From assembly GCF_009834535.1 (NCBI RefSeq), contig NC_045696.1:29514001-29578000 (forward strand): a stretch of DNA of 64,000 nucleotides, in the 5' to 3' direction. Position numbers and translations under genes: made by a program. Shown here piece after piece: positions 26,838 to 40,057 of the stretch (positions are counted from its first letter, which is position 1; every line of letters begins with the position of its first letter). This DNA comes from Camelus ferus. Its lineage: Eukaryota. The notes under the pieces are model-generated. The model saw nothing but the letters and a program-made list of their open reading frames with translations. It searched no databases and was not told the DNA's origin.

Positions 26838-27240
26838 ATGTGAAGTAAGCCAGAAAGAGAAATAAAAATACCATATGTTATCACTCATATGTGGAATCTA
26901 AAAAAAAGAAAGAAAAAGAAAAAAGAGGACACTAATGAACTCATCTACAAACAGAAACAGACTCACAGACATAGTAAACAATCTTATGGTTACCAAGGGA
27001 AAGGGGGTGGAAAGGGATAAACTTGGGAATTTGAGATTTGCAAATGATAACCACTATATATAAAAAAACAAATTTCTTCTTTATAGCACAGGGAACTATA
27101 TTCAGTATCTTGTAACAATCTTTAATGAAAAAGAGTATGAAAATGAATATATGTATATACATGCATAACTGGGACATTATGCTGTTCACCAGAAATTGAC
27201 ACATTGTAACTGACTATACTTCAATTAAAAAAAAAAAAAA
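26838..27240 (+). mobile_element. L1 3' end with poly(A)
   Basis: GTGAAGTAAGCCAGAAAGAGAAA...CTCATATGTGGAATCTAAAA is nearly identical to the L1 at 63417-63480. Ends CTATACTTCAATT plus an A run. Confidence 0.92.
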
Positions 27241-27250
27241 GAGTGTGTTC

Positions 27251-27609
27251 TGTTAAGGGCTGAATTATGTCTTTCAAATTCACGTTGAAGTACTAATCCC
27301 CCAGTGTGACTATGTTTAAAGGTAAAGACTTAATAAAGAGATAATCAAGGTTAAATAAGGTCATAATCCCACATGAGTGGTGTCCTTTTATGAAGAGAAA
27401 GAGACACCAGGGATGGTTTTACACAGAAAAAAAGACCATGCAAGGACACAGAGAGAAGATAGTAAGCCTAGGAGAGAGGCCTTAGGAGATACAAACCACT
27501 GACATCTGATCTTGGACTTCCAGCTTTCAGAGAATTGAGAAATAAATTTCTGTTGTTTAAGCCATCCTGTCTGTGGTATTTGTTATAGCAGCCCTAGCAG
27601 ACTAATACA
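27251..27609 (+). mobile_element. MaLR solo LTR (MLT1A/B-like)
   Basis: TGTTAAGGGCTGAATTATGT...AATAAATTTCTGTTGTTTAAGCCA...GTGGTATTTGTTATAGCAGCCCTAGCAGACTAATACA. Confidence 0.85.
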
Positions 27610-28436
27610 CACCAGTGCATTAGCAGACTAATACAATACCAGTGAAACTGCAGCTTCAATCTGACATATGACTTAAGAGTTCCATAAAAGCTTAGTTTGA
27701 AAATAAGGCTCCAATGCTAAAAAAAGTTTGAAAATAATGTATATATTTGTTAGATTATTTGACAGCACCATTTCTTTGAATTGTTTAATTATATTCTTAT
27801 GTGTGACTGTTCATTTCTGTAATCTCTATTACATAATTATTTTGATAACTTCTGCTTAGATTTTTGTTCTGAATTTCTATGCAATTCATTTAATAAGTAT
27901 TTATATTTATAATTTTTATCAGGCTTAAAATTCAGTTTATGTTTGCTTTCAGAAAGAACTAGTCAACTTGCATCTTTTTGTGTATTCCTGACAATTTCTA
28001 ATACAAGCCAATTTCTAATATCTGGATCTTTAAAATATGAAATAACTCTTGGTAAATCTACAGTGTTTCTGTATATCATGGGGACAAAATTATGAAATTA
28101 ATCTATCAGTTTCATCTTCAATTTGTTTATTCTACTCATTTATTTTTGTCATTCATTCACATAAAATAAACATATTGGGAGCTCAAAATATGCTACAACT
28201 GCTAGGAGTTTGCAATAGCAAGATACCATTTATGTTTGTAGTTTAATTTTCATGTTGTTATGTATTTGGCAAGGGGTTCTCCCATCCTTAAATTAATATT
28301 ATTCACTTCGTATTTTGTTACATTTTGGTTCTAGTTTTTTCACAGGTATTTATTTCATCTGCTCTACAGCCAGTTTAGTTGAAAACAACAGTACTGCCCT
28401 GATTTGGAAGATGCAAAAGTTAGTATATGTCTACTT

Positions 28437-28650
28437 CATGAGTGAGTAAACTTTCTCAAAGGCCAAACAGTACATAAGTTGAAGCATTGCAGGCTACTTT
28501 CTCAGTCTCAACTACTTAAATCTGCCATTATAACTCAAAAGCAGCCACAGACAATAGGTAAATGAATGAGCATGGCTGTGTTCCCACTAACTTTACAAAA
28601 ACACGCAGCAGGCAGAATCTGGCCCATGGGCCTTGGTAGCTGTACCTCTG
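28437..28650. mobile_element. MER58A-like hAT-Charlie MITE
   Basis: GCAGCCACAGACAATAGGTAAATGAATGAGCATGGCTGTGTTCC...TGGCCCATGGGCC. 8-bp TSD GTCTACTT (28429-36) / GTCTACTC (28651-58). Confidence 0.8.
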
Positions 28651-28899
28651 GTCTACTCACACTTCCTTAATAGTTAGAGGAGACACCTGAAAAACTAGTG
28701 TTTATCCTAAATTGTCAATTTCTGTTGAAATAACAGAAGAGCTTATTGTTTGAGTTTCAATTTTCTTAATATGCATACTGCAAGTAATTTCAAAAAGTTT
28801 TACTGTCTTCTTTTTAATGTATAAAGAATTCATTTTATGCTATCTATGTTTATGACGATTCATATAGCTTTAAATAACTAAATGGCCTTATCTCCCATT

Positions 28900-29450
28900 T
28901 ATTTTTGTTTACTGAGTGACTACTAGGCAGTCACAGTGCTAAGGCTGGAAAAGCAAAGGCAACAGAAACAAATTTTCTGCTTAAAATATGATGAGAACAT
29001 GAAAAATGGGGCAATTATTTTTTTCTTTATACAACTAGATGAAGGCTTCATGGAGACTATAATCTGAGATAGGTCATTAGATCTTCAGAGAAGCTTCCCA
29101 GGTGAAGCAGGCATTTGCAGGTGTGCAGGAAAAAGCACAAGACTGGGGCAGGCTGACCTACTCAGGAATGGGTGGACATTTTCCAGTATTGAAGAATAGA
29201 ATGCTTGGACGGTTGAGCAGAAAATAAAGCTGGAAACTCTGACAAGGGCCAGGATATGAGAGGCTGTTAATGAGAAGCTTTAGCCAAGAGATCAGGGTTG
29301 ACAAAATTTACTTCGCTCTTTGGAAAATACCTCAGGCTACATTAGAGAGGATGAACTAAAACAGAGAGGGACAAGGGTCAGGGCAATCACTCAGCAAAAG
29401 ATATCAGTGATTGAGGGAAAAAATAATGAAAGCTTGTCAAAAGGCATTAA
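28900..29450 (-). mobile_element. L2 LINE fragment
   Basis: TGTTTACTGAGTGACTACTAGGCAGTCACAGTGCTAAG...GAAGGCTTCATGGAG...AAGGGCCAGGAT. Confidence 0.5.
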
Positions 29451-29545
29451 AAAAAAAAACCCTTAGAAGGAAATCTAAAATGGAAATTAAAATTAACCTG
29501 GATTAGCACCAACATTCCTCCCATTACAACAAAGGAAAACATATT

Positions 29546-29832
29546 CAGACTCAGACATAGAAAACAAACTTGTGGTTATCAGCAGGGGAAGGGGATGGGA
29601 AAGGATAAATTGGGAGTTGGAGATTTGCAGATACTAACTATTATATATAAAATAGATAAACAAGTGTACACCGTATAGCATATTCAATACCTTGTAGTAA
29701 CTTACGGTGAAAAAGAATATGAAAACAATTGTATGTATGTTCATGTATGACCGAAGCATTATGTATACACCAGAAATTGACACAACATTGTAAACTGTCT
29801 ACACTTCAATAAAAAAAAAATACCAAAAAAAA
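29546..29832 (+). mobile_element. L1 3' UTR fragment with poly(A)
   Basis: CAGACTCAGACATAGAAAACAAACTTGTGGTTA...AAATTGACACAACATTGTAAACT...TCAAT plus A run; similar to 26955-27240. Confidence 0.88.
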
Positions 29833-30037
29833 GAGATAACATTTGCCACTGTCATTTATAATTTTTAATTACAGTTTGGCAATTTAAAAATGGTACTGCA
29901 TTTTGAAGCTGCAATTTACAGATCTACAAACTAATTTTAAAATGTTTTTCAAGGATGAGTAGTTTTCACATAAAAACAGATTACAACTTATATTAATTGT
30001 ATTAAACTATAGAAATTCGCATTGAGATATGTTACTA

Positions 30038-30190
<153 letters not shown>

Positions 30191-31095
30191 CTAGATGCAA
30201 GAGAGAAAGTAATTTGAATATACCATTATCATTCTTGCTTTACATCCCAATCTGACGGTACACATCTCATCAATCCAAATTATCTGACATGTAATTATAA
30301 GCACACTCATGTAGCAAAAATATCTTTTTGAAACTTTTACTGAAATCATAGCTTTTATACAGACTCTCTAAATGACAGTGAGGTTGTATGTGTGTGTGCG
30401 CGCACACGTGTGCTTGCTTTTGGGCAGATGATTTGATCACTATACTGTAGGATTTCTGCAACCTTTTTTCCTCTGTAACAGCTGCTACCACATGATTAAT
30501 GATCACAGTAAAGTATTGTTGTGCAGTATGTCCTTCTATAACTTCCACAAGGTAGAGATATACTTGCTACATTTTTAGGTACGAATAAAAAAAAATGTAG
30601 GAATAGTGTCTTGTTCCAATCCTAAAATAATTAAAACAACTACTATTTCAAAGTGTAAAGGCTAATTATCATGAAATAATTATCATCTGAACAGACCACA
30701 CATTTTTGTCTCCACCTCAGTGGCTGCTCAGTCTCCCTGTGGCTTCTGCACCCCTAACACCTCTTGGATGCAAATAATCCTGCCCAAATCTCAGATTATG
30801 ACTGCCTCCTAGGTCAGGAGCTGCTCTTTCTTAAGGCAAAAGCTTGCCGTATATGATGCTGTGGCTGCCCTGAACTTTCCCGTGAAATGCTTTCCTTCTC
30901 AGTCTACCACTGTGACACTCCCGATTGTTTTGTTTCCCCACCACTCTAGGCATCCTGCAAAGTCCCTTTCTCTGCCTGTCCTAAAAAATGCTGGTGTTCC
31001 TCAGAGTTAATAGCCTAAAAATAGCCTCTTCTCTTTTACACAACACACTCTTTCTACGTGGGCTCATTTCCTTGTCCAAAAGTGTCAACAGCAGG

Positions 31096-31303
31096 CTGAC
31101 AGGCAGAATTCTAAGATGGCCCCTATGATTCCTGCTCCCTTATATTCACGTCTTTGTGTAATCCTCAAGTGTGGGTATGTGATGGATGTCCTCTAAAGGA
31201 ACTATGAGATAACAACTGAGTCATGGGGTAAATTGCTAAGTTTGTGGTAATTTGTTACACAGCAGTAGAAAACTAATGCAGATTTTGGTGCAAGAAATGA
31301 GGT
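31096..31303 (+). mobile_element. MaLR LTR (MLT1E/F-like, internally deleted) plus first bases of the internal region
   Basis: GGCAGAATTCTAAGATGGCCCCTATGATTCC...GTTTGTGGTAATTTGTTACACAGCAGTAGAAAACTAATGCA|GATTTTGGT. Confidence 0.65.
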
Positions 31304-31405
31304 TATGTATCTTCCTTTGCTTTTTTTTTTGCTCTACAGAATTCAGACATGCTTATCCATCCCCCATAATTGTAGTGTGAATCATTGGGCAGCAGAGGGC
31401 AAGAC

Positions 31406-31849
31406 TGTGTTAGGCAGAATAATCGCCACCCACAGATGGTCACATCTAATGTCCAGAGTCTCTGAATATGTCACCTTCTGTGGCAAAAAGGACTTTTTGA
31501 AAGATGTGACACTGAGATGGAAAGATTATCCTGGATTATCTTGATGGGCCCAAGGTAATTACAGGGATCTTTCTTAGAAGAGGCCTGAGTTGTCAGAGTA
31601 AGAGATTTGAAGATGTTACTCTGCTGACTTTGAAGATAGAGGAAGGGACCATGAACCAAGGAATACATGACTTTTAGAAGCTAGAACAGGCACGGTAACT
31701 AGAGCCTCTGGAAGGAATGCAGCCTTGACAATGCACTGATTTCAGCCTAGGAAGACTCATTTCGGATTCGTGATTTTATGATAGTAAATTTGTATTATTT
31801 TAAGACACTAAGCTTATGGCATTTTGAGCAACAATTTGAAACTAATGTA
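31406..31849 (+). mobile_element. MaLR LTR (MLT1D-like)
   Basis: TAGGCAGAATAAT...GATTATCCTGGATTATC...TTTGAAGATAGAGGAAGGGACCATGAACCAAGGAAT...GAAACTAAT. Confidence 0.8.
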
Positions 31850-31859
31850 TTGGGCTATT

Positions 31860-32010
31860 GGGCTACACCAATATGCCCAATTAATTTTTGACTAATGTGT
31901 AAAAACAATTCAGTGGAAGGAGGGTAGACTTTTCAAGGAATCATGCTGGAATAGTTGTACTTCAGTAGTCAAAACAGAAAACAAACAAAAAACAACAGCA
32001 AAAAAACTTT
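31860..32010 (+). mobile_element. Old L1 ORF2 fragment
   Basis: ATATGCCCAATTAATTTTTGAC...CAATTCAGTGGAAGGAGGGTAGACTTTTCAA...TGCTGGAA. Confidence 0.5.
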
Positions 32011-33336
32011 ACTCATTGCCTAAGTGGAGGACAGTACATTTTTTCTATTTGTATGATGTACTGCCTACTACCATACCTTTAGCATACAAGGTACTGACAT
32101 GTTTAGTAAGTTAAATTAAAAATATTTTTTTAAAAACTGCCATTTTTCAGAGAAGGAAATATCCTACTGTGAGCTATGAAAGACTGGGAAATAATTCTAG
32201 TTTGATGTACAGCTTGAAATATTCTTGAATCTGCACAGATTGGTGAAGGCTTTTCAGTAGGAAATTAAAAAAGCAAGATTTGGCACTTGTGAGGGGAAAA
32301 AAGTCTGTGCAGAAGACTAGAAAAAGTAAAAGATGGTGGGTGGATAAAAAAATGTTCAACCAAGGTGAGAAACTTGAATACCACAGCATTTTTCAAAAAA
32401 TAACAAATACAGAGCAACCTTCCCAGGTATTAAGCTAGAACACACGTTTATTTGTTTGATTTCTAAGTCTAATTGTCTCTGTAAAACACTTGCTTTTGCA
32501 CCCGACAAATGTTTAAGATATCATTATAAATGGAGAAGCGGAAGCTGGGTTGGTAGAGGTTTAATGCCACAGCTGTGCACTGCGCAAACTGCCTAGGGGT
32601 ACGGAAAAGACAATTAAGAGATGATTAGAATAAGCACTTCCTTCAGAGTAGGCTTTGTGGTTTTCCTATGCAAAGCTAAGCTCTTCTACCATTGTGATCT
32701 CATGCCACTGGTTCATGCACTAAAGGGCTCATCAGAAAGCTGTGATCATTTGACACACATCTGACTCCTTATACATATTAGCCTATGATTACGGACTTGG
32801 CCAATCAAAACTGTTCTATATCAAATCTAACTCTATATAACAACTTTAGTCTTTTAGGCAAACATTAAATGAAACAAAATATAGTCCAAACTACTTGAAC
32901 TGTCATTAAATTTAATAAAATTGGTTTAGCAATGATACGCAAGGTGTCATGTACAATTATTCATTCCCAGTGCCTGACACTTGGTAAGGACTTTTAAATA
33001 CTAAATGAAGGAATGGATGAATCCAAATCTGCTGCGAAAAAACCATACTATGAAGCAAGCACTGGAAATGAAGGAGTGACTTCTATGTTAATTGATGATT
33101 TGCAGGCAGAAATAGATGCTTTGATGAAGTTTAATGTGTTTTAAATATAGAACACTGAAGTTTCATATAATTGCATTGATAATGCAAAATTCCATTTACA
33201 CAGCTAACATTATATCAATCATATTTTCTCCTTGTCTGCATAATGTAAGTGTGAATGCTCTAAACTAGAACTTTTAGAAGTTTGAGAAGCACCTTATTAA
33301 AAAGCACAAGAATCAACACACTAATGAGAGAATTTA

Positions 33337-33555
<219 letters not shown>

Positions 33556-34038
33556 CTAAAATAAAGAGCACCAGCATTCTCAGTTCATATTGCTCAAAAT
33601 TTTACTAAGTATTCTTCTAACAGTAAAATCCAGGCCAATAAGTACAAACAATAAATGGGGGCATATATTTTGTGGGTGTTTTGGTAGCATAATTGTAAAA
33701 GTAGATAAGATTGTGATAGCATATTTCATTTCCCAAAAAGACTTTGTGTAATGCTTTCCGCTGCAGGACAACTTGGATCTCATGAGGCTATTTTGTTTTC
33801 TTTTTGTCAGTGTCACACAGAAAACAGTAAAAGCATTACTGCTGAAACAGAGTTTCTGACCCTTTTTTTGAGCCCTGGTATTACTAGCTACTGCTTTCAT
33901 CAAACATAAAAATACACGTGCTATATATCTGTTATCCTTGTTCTCTCCGTATACAGCACTGACATGGAGTGTATTTTGTGAGCACTTAGCTTCTGATGAA
34001 ATGGAAAGTCAAGTTAGTACATTAAGAGCGAAGCAACT

Positions 34039-34152
34039 GGGAAGAGGGTATAGCTCAGTGATAGAGTGCATGTGTAACATGCACGAGATTCAATCCCCAG
34101 TACCCCCATCATAAAAAAGAATAATAATAATAAAAAAATAATTTTTTTTAAA
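34039..34152 (+). mobile_element. Camelid-type tRNA-derived SINE (Vic-like, internally deleted)
   Basis: GAGGGTATAGCTCAGTGATAGAG (A box), GATTCAATCCC (B box), A-rich tail. Degenerate TSD AAGAGCGAAGCAA / AAGAGTGAAGAAA. Confidence 0.85.
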
Positions 34153-37100
34153 AAGAGTGAAGAAATAAAATGACTTCCACTATAGTCAGTAAGGGTCTGC
34201 AGTGGATCCTCTTTATTTAGAAGATAAAGCTGAGGCTTACTAAGGCAAAGGGATCACTAAAGACATATGATTCTCAATGGGAGAGCCAAAACTTGTATGT
34301 CAAGCCTTTTGACAGGGTCTTCCTACTGTCGAGCCACCACTAGATTATTGGTTATCAAGTTAATAAACAAGCCAACAAACAGATGGGTAAAAACAATGGT
34401 ATGAGGACCCAGATGTAACAAAATACGTCATTATAACAACTGTGGTAAAATATGAGACAAGTACTAGCAATCCTAACTCCACACTATCTTTCAAATAAAT
34501 TCCTTTCCTTTGCTCCAAGTCTACAGACACTATCTTATTTAACCTACATTACTGCTTGCTTAGATCGTGATGTTTCCAAATGCAATTCCCCATCTCCAGT
34601 TTCTCTCTTCACACAAATTGCTGCCAAATGATCTGCCCCCGTCACTGCCCATCACTGCCCGAATTATTCAACTTGATAACTGAATGAGGACCTAAATAAA
34701 CACACTTATCATGAAATAACAATGTGATGTAGTTGTCATAATTGTTGACTGAAGTCGACAGACAGTGCAATGAAGAGATCTACATCTTTCCATCATTACT
34801 TCTACTATTTCATTTCAAGTGTTAACTACATTCACCACTTTGAAATATCTACTCTTCCGTACTCTTGTAACTGTCACAAGCTTTTCCATGTGTGTCATTG
34901 CTCAAAGTCTTCCTTGGGCTATTATCATTACTTCCTATCACATACTCTGAGATCTCTGAGACTTAACTGCTTCTTCCACAACACCATCCCCACACTCTTC
35001 CCACAGAAAACCTAGAAAAAAAGAAATATATGACCTCTCTGGACTTCTAAAATAATTTATTGATTGTTTTCTAATGGAAGAGAGGTATCATTAAATTTAG
35101 TATACGGTGGAATACATCTGTAAAGAAAATTAAATACGGGTCAATAACGTCTTATTTCTACATAGTACTTTACAAAAGTAAGTAAAGGTGAATTGAAAAC
35201 ATGAAAAAGGATGGTTAACAGACAATAAACCATTTTAAAAGAAGTTATATTTATCAAAATAGGTCACATTTTCACAGATACACTAGGTATTCAGTTTTGA
35301 TTCCTTATAAACACTGGCTGAATATGTATTAAATATCAGGCACCTGTGTTAGGCACTGGAATTACAGACATGATGACTTTCTGAAAGAGTTTCCACAAGA
35401 TCAAGAGTTTTCATAAGACTGGTTGGTGATAGCTGGTATTAAAGATCAAGATAATTTTTCTCAGGAAAACATTAAGGTACATTTTATATTTGATGTAAAG
35501 GTAGTTTTAGGAAATAGTTTAATGGGAAATGGAATCTGCTATGAAAAATATTTGGACACCAATTGGTCTTAACTCAAAAATCTGAATCCTAGAAGGCTGC
35601 TCTGTTAATGCATATGAGATATTTGTACATCTCCTTTGAGAGTGGAGAGTTAATGACTATCTTTTTAAACTCTTATAAGGAAAAAAAAAGTAAATATAAA
35701 GGTAACTAAAATAAATATACTTTAAATATAAAGACGCTGACACTAACATATTAAAATGATCATATATGTTTCAGATGAAGATAAAAATAGTTTTAATTCT
35801 TTAATATCTAAAGGTCACTTATGACTATTCCAGAGAAGGAAAAAGTCTCAGTCAAAAATAGTTTTAACTAATACAGCAAGTATAATCATATGGAATGGTA
35901 GATATGTTCTAGAAAAAAAAGCTTTATTGTTAATAATTGTCATTATAAATAAATTAAAATTTCTACTACAGGATTTCATACAACATTGCATTACTTATTC
36001 GTTACACCACACTCCTTTCTTAAAAAAAAAAAGTTCATGAGGATCAATTCCACATTTTGAAGAGTCTTCCACAAGACAGAAAAGTGATATATTGAAATTG
36101 AAGTAGTTTTCAATTTAAGTAGAATAAATTGAAGACACATCTTGTTTAAAAAAAAATCTAAAACCAAGTAATATAAAGTAGACTAAAGTCTCAAAGTTTC
36201 ATTGGTAGAAACACTGATAATCAGACAAGAACTCCCTAGATGATGAAACTATTTTACTTGAAATGAACGGAAAGATCAATGTAACAATTTTAAGTTTCAT
36301 GTATTAAATAATTGCTTTTTTTTCTTTGGTACCCACTTTTGATTTGTGCTGTCATTAATTGTTTGTAATAATTTGTCATATGTAATATCACTGCTTCAAA
36401 CTGCCATAAATACATATCAATAAACTAACTTTTTTGATGTTTGATAGATAAAATTAAAATACACAGAAGACACAATGCAAGTTTAAAATATACTCTGATT
36501 GACAGTAAAAAACATTCAGCACATAAAGTATTAGCACAAGTATTAGAAAGACTTATAAGTTATGACCAAATGTAAGTAGGTAGAGAATGTGAAACAATAC
36601 AGGGTATCAAAATGGTATTATAATTGTTTTTTTTAATTCTTATTAAAAATTCATTCCAGGAACTTAGGATCCATTGCTGTATTCCTGGAAGATACTTAGA
36701 AGGCAAAAGACCTACAGCAAGTAACTGTTCTCTATCCAGAGATAAACCAGGAAATCGTATCACCTAGTGTGAGATTTTGGGCTTTTGAGAAATGATGGAT
36801 AGAAAAAAAGGGTATACAAATAATAAATACTACAAGAAGGAGGGTGTCATTCCTGCATTTCATTCCAGTGAACTAAATGCCAACAATGTGAAAATACACA
36901 TTAATTCTGACTCTTTTAACAACAGTCTTGCTATTTATATATGCCAACCACTACACTTTGTATAGGACGGTTTTAACACACTAAATTTAATTTTAATAAT
37001 AACTCCTAGTTAGAGGACTCAGAAAACCAGAGGGATTTTAGTACTAAATCTAAATTAGCATAACCATTTAACAAACTTCTTAATTTATCACATTTATCAC

Positions 37101-37674
37101 CAAGAAGGGAATTGTCAATTATGCATATACGAAATTATATCATTACAGTGCAGCTTTGGGACAGTTAATCATGAACCTTCAGTAATCATGAATAACTAGT
37201 GAACATTTGGCAATCCGAGAGCAATAACTTAAACAAGAAAGGTAATCGCATCAGAACAAGAGAGGTTTCAGAGAAGCTCGCAGGCAATGATCCATGCCAT
37301 CTCTAATGATTCAACCAGAAAAGAAAAAATTAATAAATAAATAGACAGATGCGTATTAATATTCAATTCTTTTCTGTGCTGAAGGTCTCATGGCGAAAGG
37401 ACCTGTCCACTGATTAGGATATTTTACTTTCTAACCACTGGCATTTTCCCTTTTAACAATGCAATAATGACAAGTAATTAGTGTACACTATCTCCTAATA
37501 GGAAAGCAGTGAATTCTAAACAACGTGCCACCCATACAAGGTAGCTGCACTACAGTCAGGGTATAATTTCATTTGTGTAATTACCAACAACATAGAGATT
37601 GTTCAAATACTGTATGCTGACAAAATGTTCTATATTAAACAGGGGTCAGAGGGTAGAGATCATTATGGCTTTAC

Positions 37675-37802
37675 CTCAGCTATTGTTATAGAATCTGGAT
37701 ACAGTATGTGAACCAGATGATTTGCCAACATGAGATAAGTCAAGGCATCTTCATCTACTTGTAGTCCAAAATATTCATGGTAACCACCCGAAAAATTTTG
37801 AC
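37675..37802 (-). CDS. GBE1: GBE1 exon 9 (128 bp): (G)[42 protein letters not shown]; last codon is the acid/base Glu (human E412)
   Basis: Acceptor ttctctag|GTCAA, donor GCTGAG|gtaaag. Translation matches GBE1. Confidence 0.97.
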
Positions 37803-39941
37803 CTAGAGAACAGAAAATCAATATGGATGCATTATATTAACATGTAAGTCTTAAGTCAGCACAAATGCCTCCACCAATTAGTTGGCTGATATCAGTTTTG
37901 TTATCATGGCAAAGTGTAATGAGTCTCCCTACCACGTAATCTTATCAGCAACTATATGATTTAATTGAGGAAAGTACTCCAAATCAACATTCAAAGTTCA
38001 GACAATCCTGCAATTCAATTTTTGTTTTACAAGAGCAAACAAAAACACTGAGATTTAAAATTTTAATTTAATTTGAACTGAATTTTACAGCAGAAAAATA
38101 AAGTGATATCAGAGATTTATAAATTTCAAACTTTAGATACTTCTTTTTTGTTACATTAAGAGATGTTAGTTAGCTAATAGTACATAACTCTGAAGGAAAG
38201 CAAACATGAAAACCTTCATAAAATTGAGACATAATATTTATATTATTTAAATATGGCTCCAATTTATGCAATATGGATTTTCTATGATGACAAGGACAGT
38301 TTAACATCCCCCTACTGCCTTCTACCTCCTCTTCCCCCACCTCCTAATTCTGATTGCTTATAGTGTATTTTTCTTATTGGGGTTATACTATTTACTTTCT
38401 ATTCCTTCAGTTGTTTATTCTTATTTTTAATTAAGCCTAACTAGTGCTCAATGCCTGCCTTTCCCCCTTGATTTCCTATATCTTAAGTTTTTTATTTTGA
38501 CCTTTTTTTTTTCCAGTTTGCTGGATTCCATCACTGAAAGATATTTTCAAGTACAATTATGGAAGTTTTATTCCTCAAGTTCTTTCAGATTTATCCCTCA
38601 ATGGTAATTCAACCGTCACATTCTCAAATCACACTTTGTTTCCTTAAGAATTTTGTAGACATTGCCGTAACAATAGAGTAGTATGAACCCAACAATTTTT
38701 TTTTTGCATCCGTGCAGATAAATTGCTTTTTCTTCTTAGATGTTACCTGATGAATTTCTCTTTATCATTGAATTTTATAAGTTAAATGCTCTATATTAAT
38801 TGTGGGGTTTTTTTCCTGGTATTTTTTTGTTGTTGTTCTTTTGCTATGCAGTTTCAGTGGCTTCTTTCTTTCTTTTTTTCCCCTCTCATGTCAGACAAGG
38901 AAAACATGGTAAGTAACTCACAATATTTTTCTTTATCATTTCTTGAGCTCTCTACCCATAAAAAGCATATCCCATATCCCTGGACTTCAGTTCATCTCCC
39001 CAACTCCACTATTCCTTGGCAAACATCTAGCTTTCAGCAGAGGGAGGTTCTGCAGGGACATGTAGGTGCTTCATCCTAGGAGAGGATCTTTCTTGAATTT
39101 TATCATGCTTGCCATTTTTATCCCTTAAATCAGTTTCTCTCCCAAGTGGAGGATATCAATGAAATCTGTTATGTTTTATAGATTGAATTTCTTCCCTAAG
39201 AACATTTCATGGGGACAGCATCACAATGAAGAGCAGATAACAGAACACTTTGAATTTAGCATCTTTCCTTGGCAGCCACTTTTTAAGATTTATAGTCTAA
39301 AATCCCTTTTTAGATTGCTTGTTACTGGTGAAATATTTGACCATTAAAATATGATAATTGTTCTCCATGTTATCTATTGAAGGATTAGGATTCTGTGATT
39401 CCACTTCTTTGTACGGGTTTTAAACTGCAGATCTCTGATCTATATTTTTAATTATAAGTCAATTTACATTTAACTGAGCACATCTATATTTAAAACATAC
39501 ATATTTTCTTCAGTGTTTACTATGAAAAGGAACCCATACATTACCAAATGTTCTCATTTATTATTTTTGTTACTTATTTTTCATTACAAATGTTGTCATG
39601 TTCCCATTCTCAGGGTGCTGCAATAAATGGTATCCTTAAACAACATCTTAAAAGAATGCTACATACTAAAGATAGCATATTATAAAGCAGATATATTTCA
39701 AATAAAATTATCTTTTATTTACTTATAAAATGTATTTACACCCAATCTCTTGCCAAAAACGAATCAAAAGTGACTAGAGAAAAGACAAACAATGGAACTA
39801 ATTAAAATCAACCTAACAATAATGTTTATTGGAGCCATGTAACTGAATCCCAAACATGGTTGTAATCTTCCAGTAAAAAGTAAAATAAAATAATTATAAT
39901 CAGTCAATATAATCATATCCATAGTATATCAGGTTACCTAC

Positions 39942-40057
39942 CTATTCCATGGTGATGATAGAGCATGGATGTAACACCATCAAAACGAAATCCATCAAAG
40001 CTATATTCTTCCAACCACCACCTTATGTTTGACAGAAGGAATCTTAAAACTTCCCAG
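39942..40057 (-). CDS. GBE1: GBE1 exon 8 (116 bp): (S)[38 protein letters not shown](G); contains the nucleophile Asp (human D357)
   Basis: Acceptor ttttag|CTGGGAA, donor ATAG|gtaggt. Translation carries the GH13 motif DGFRFDG. Phase joins exon 9. Confidence 0.97.

Noticed and set aside
34039..34110. tRNA-like A/B boxes (also at 43210-43278 and 55672-55750)
   Set aside because: These are SINE heads with A-rich tails (TSDs visible for two), not tRNA genes.
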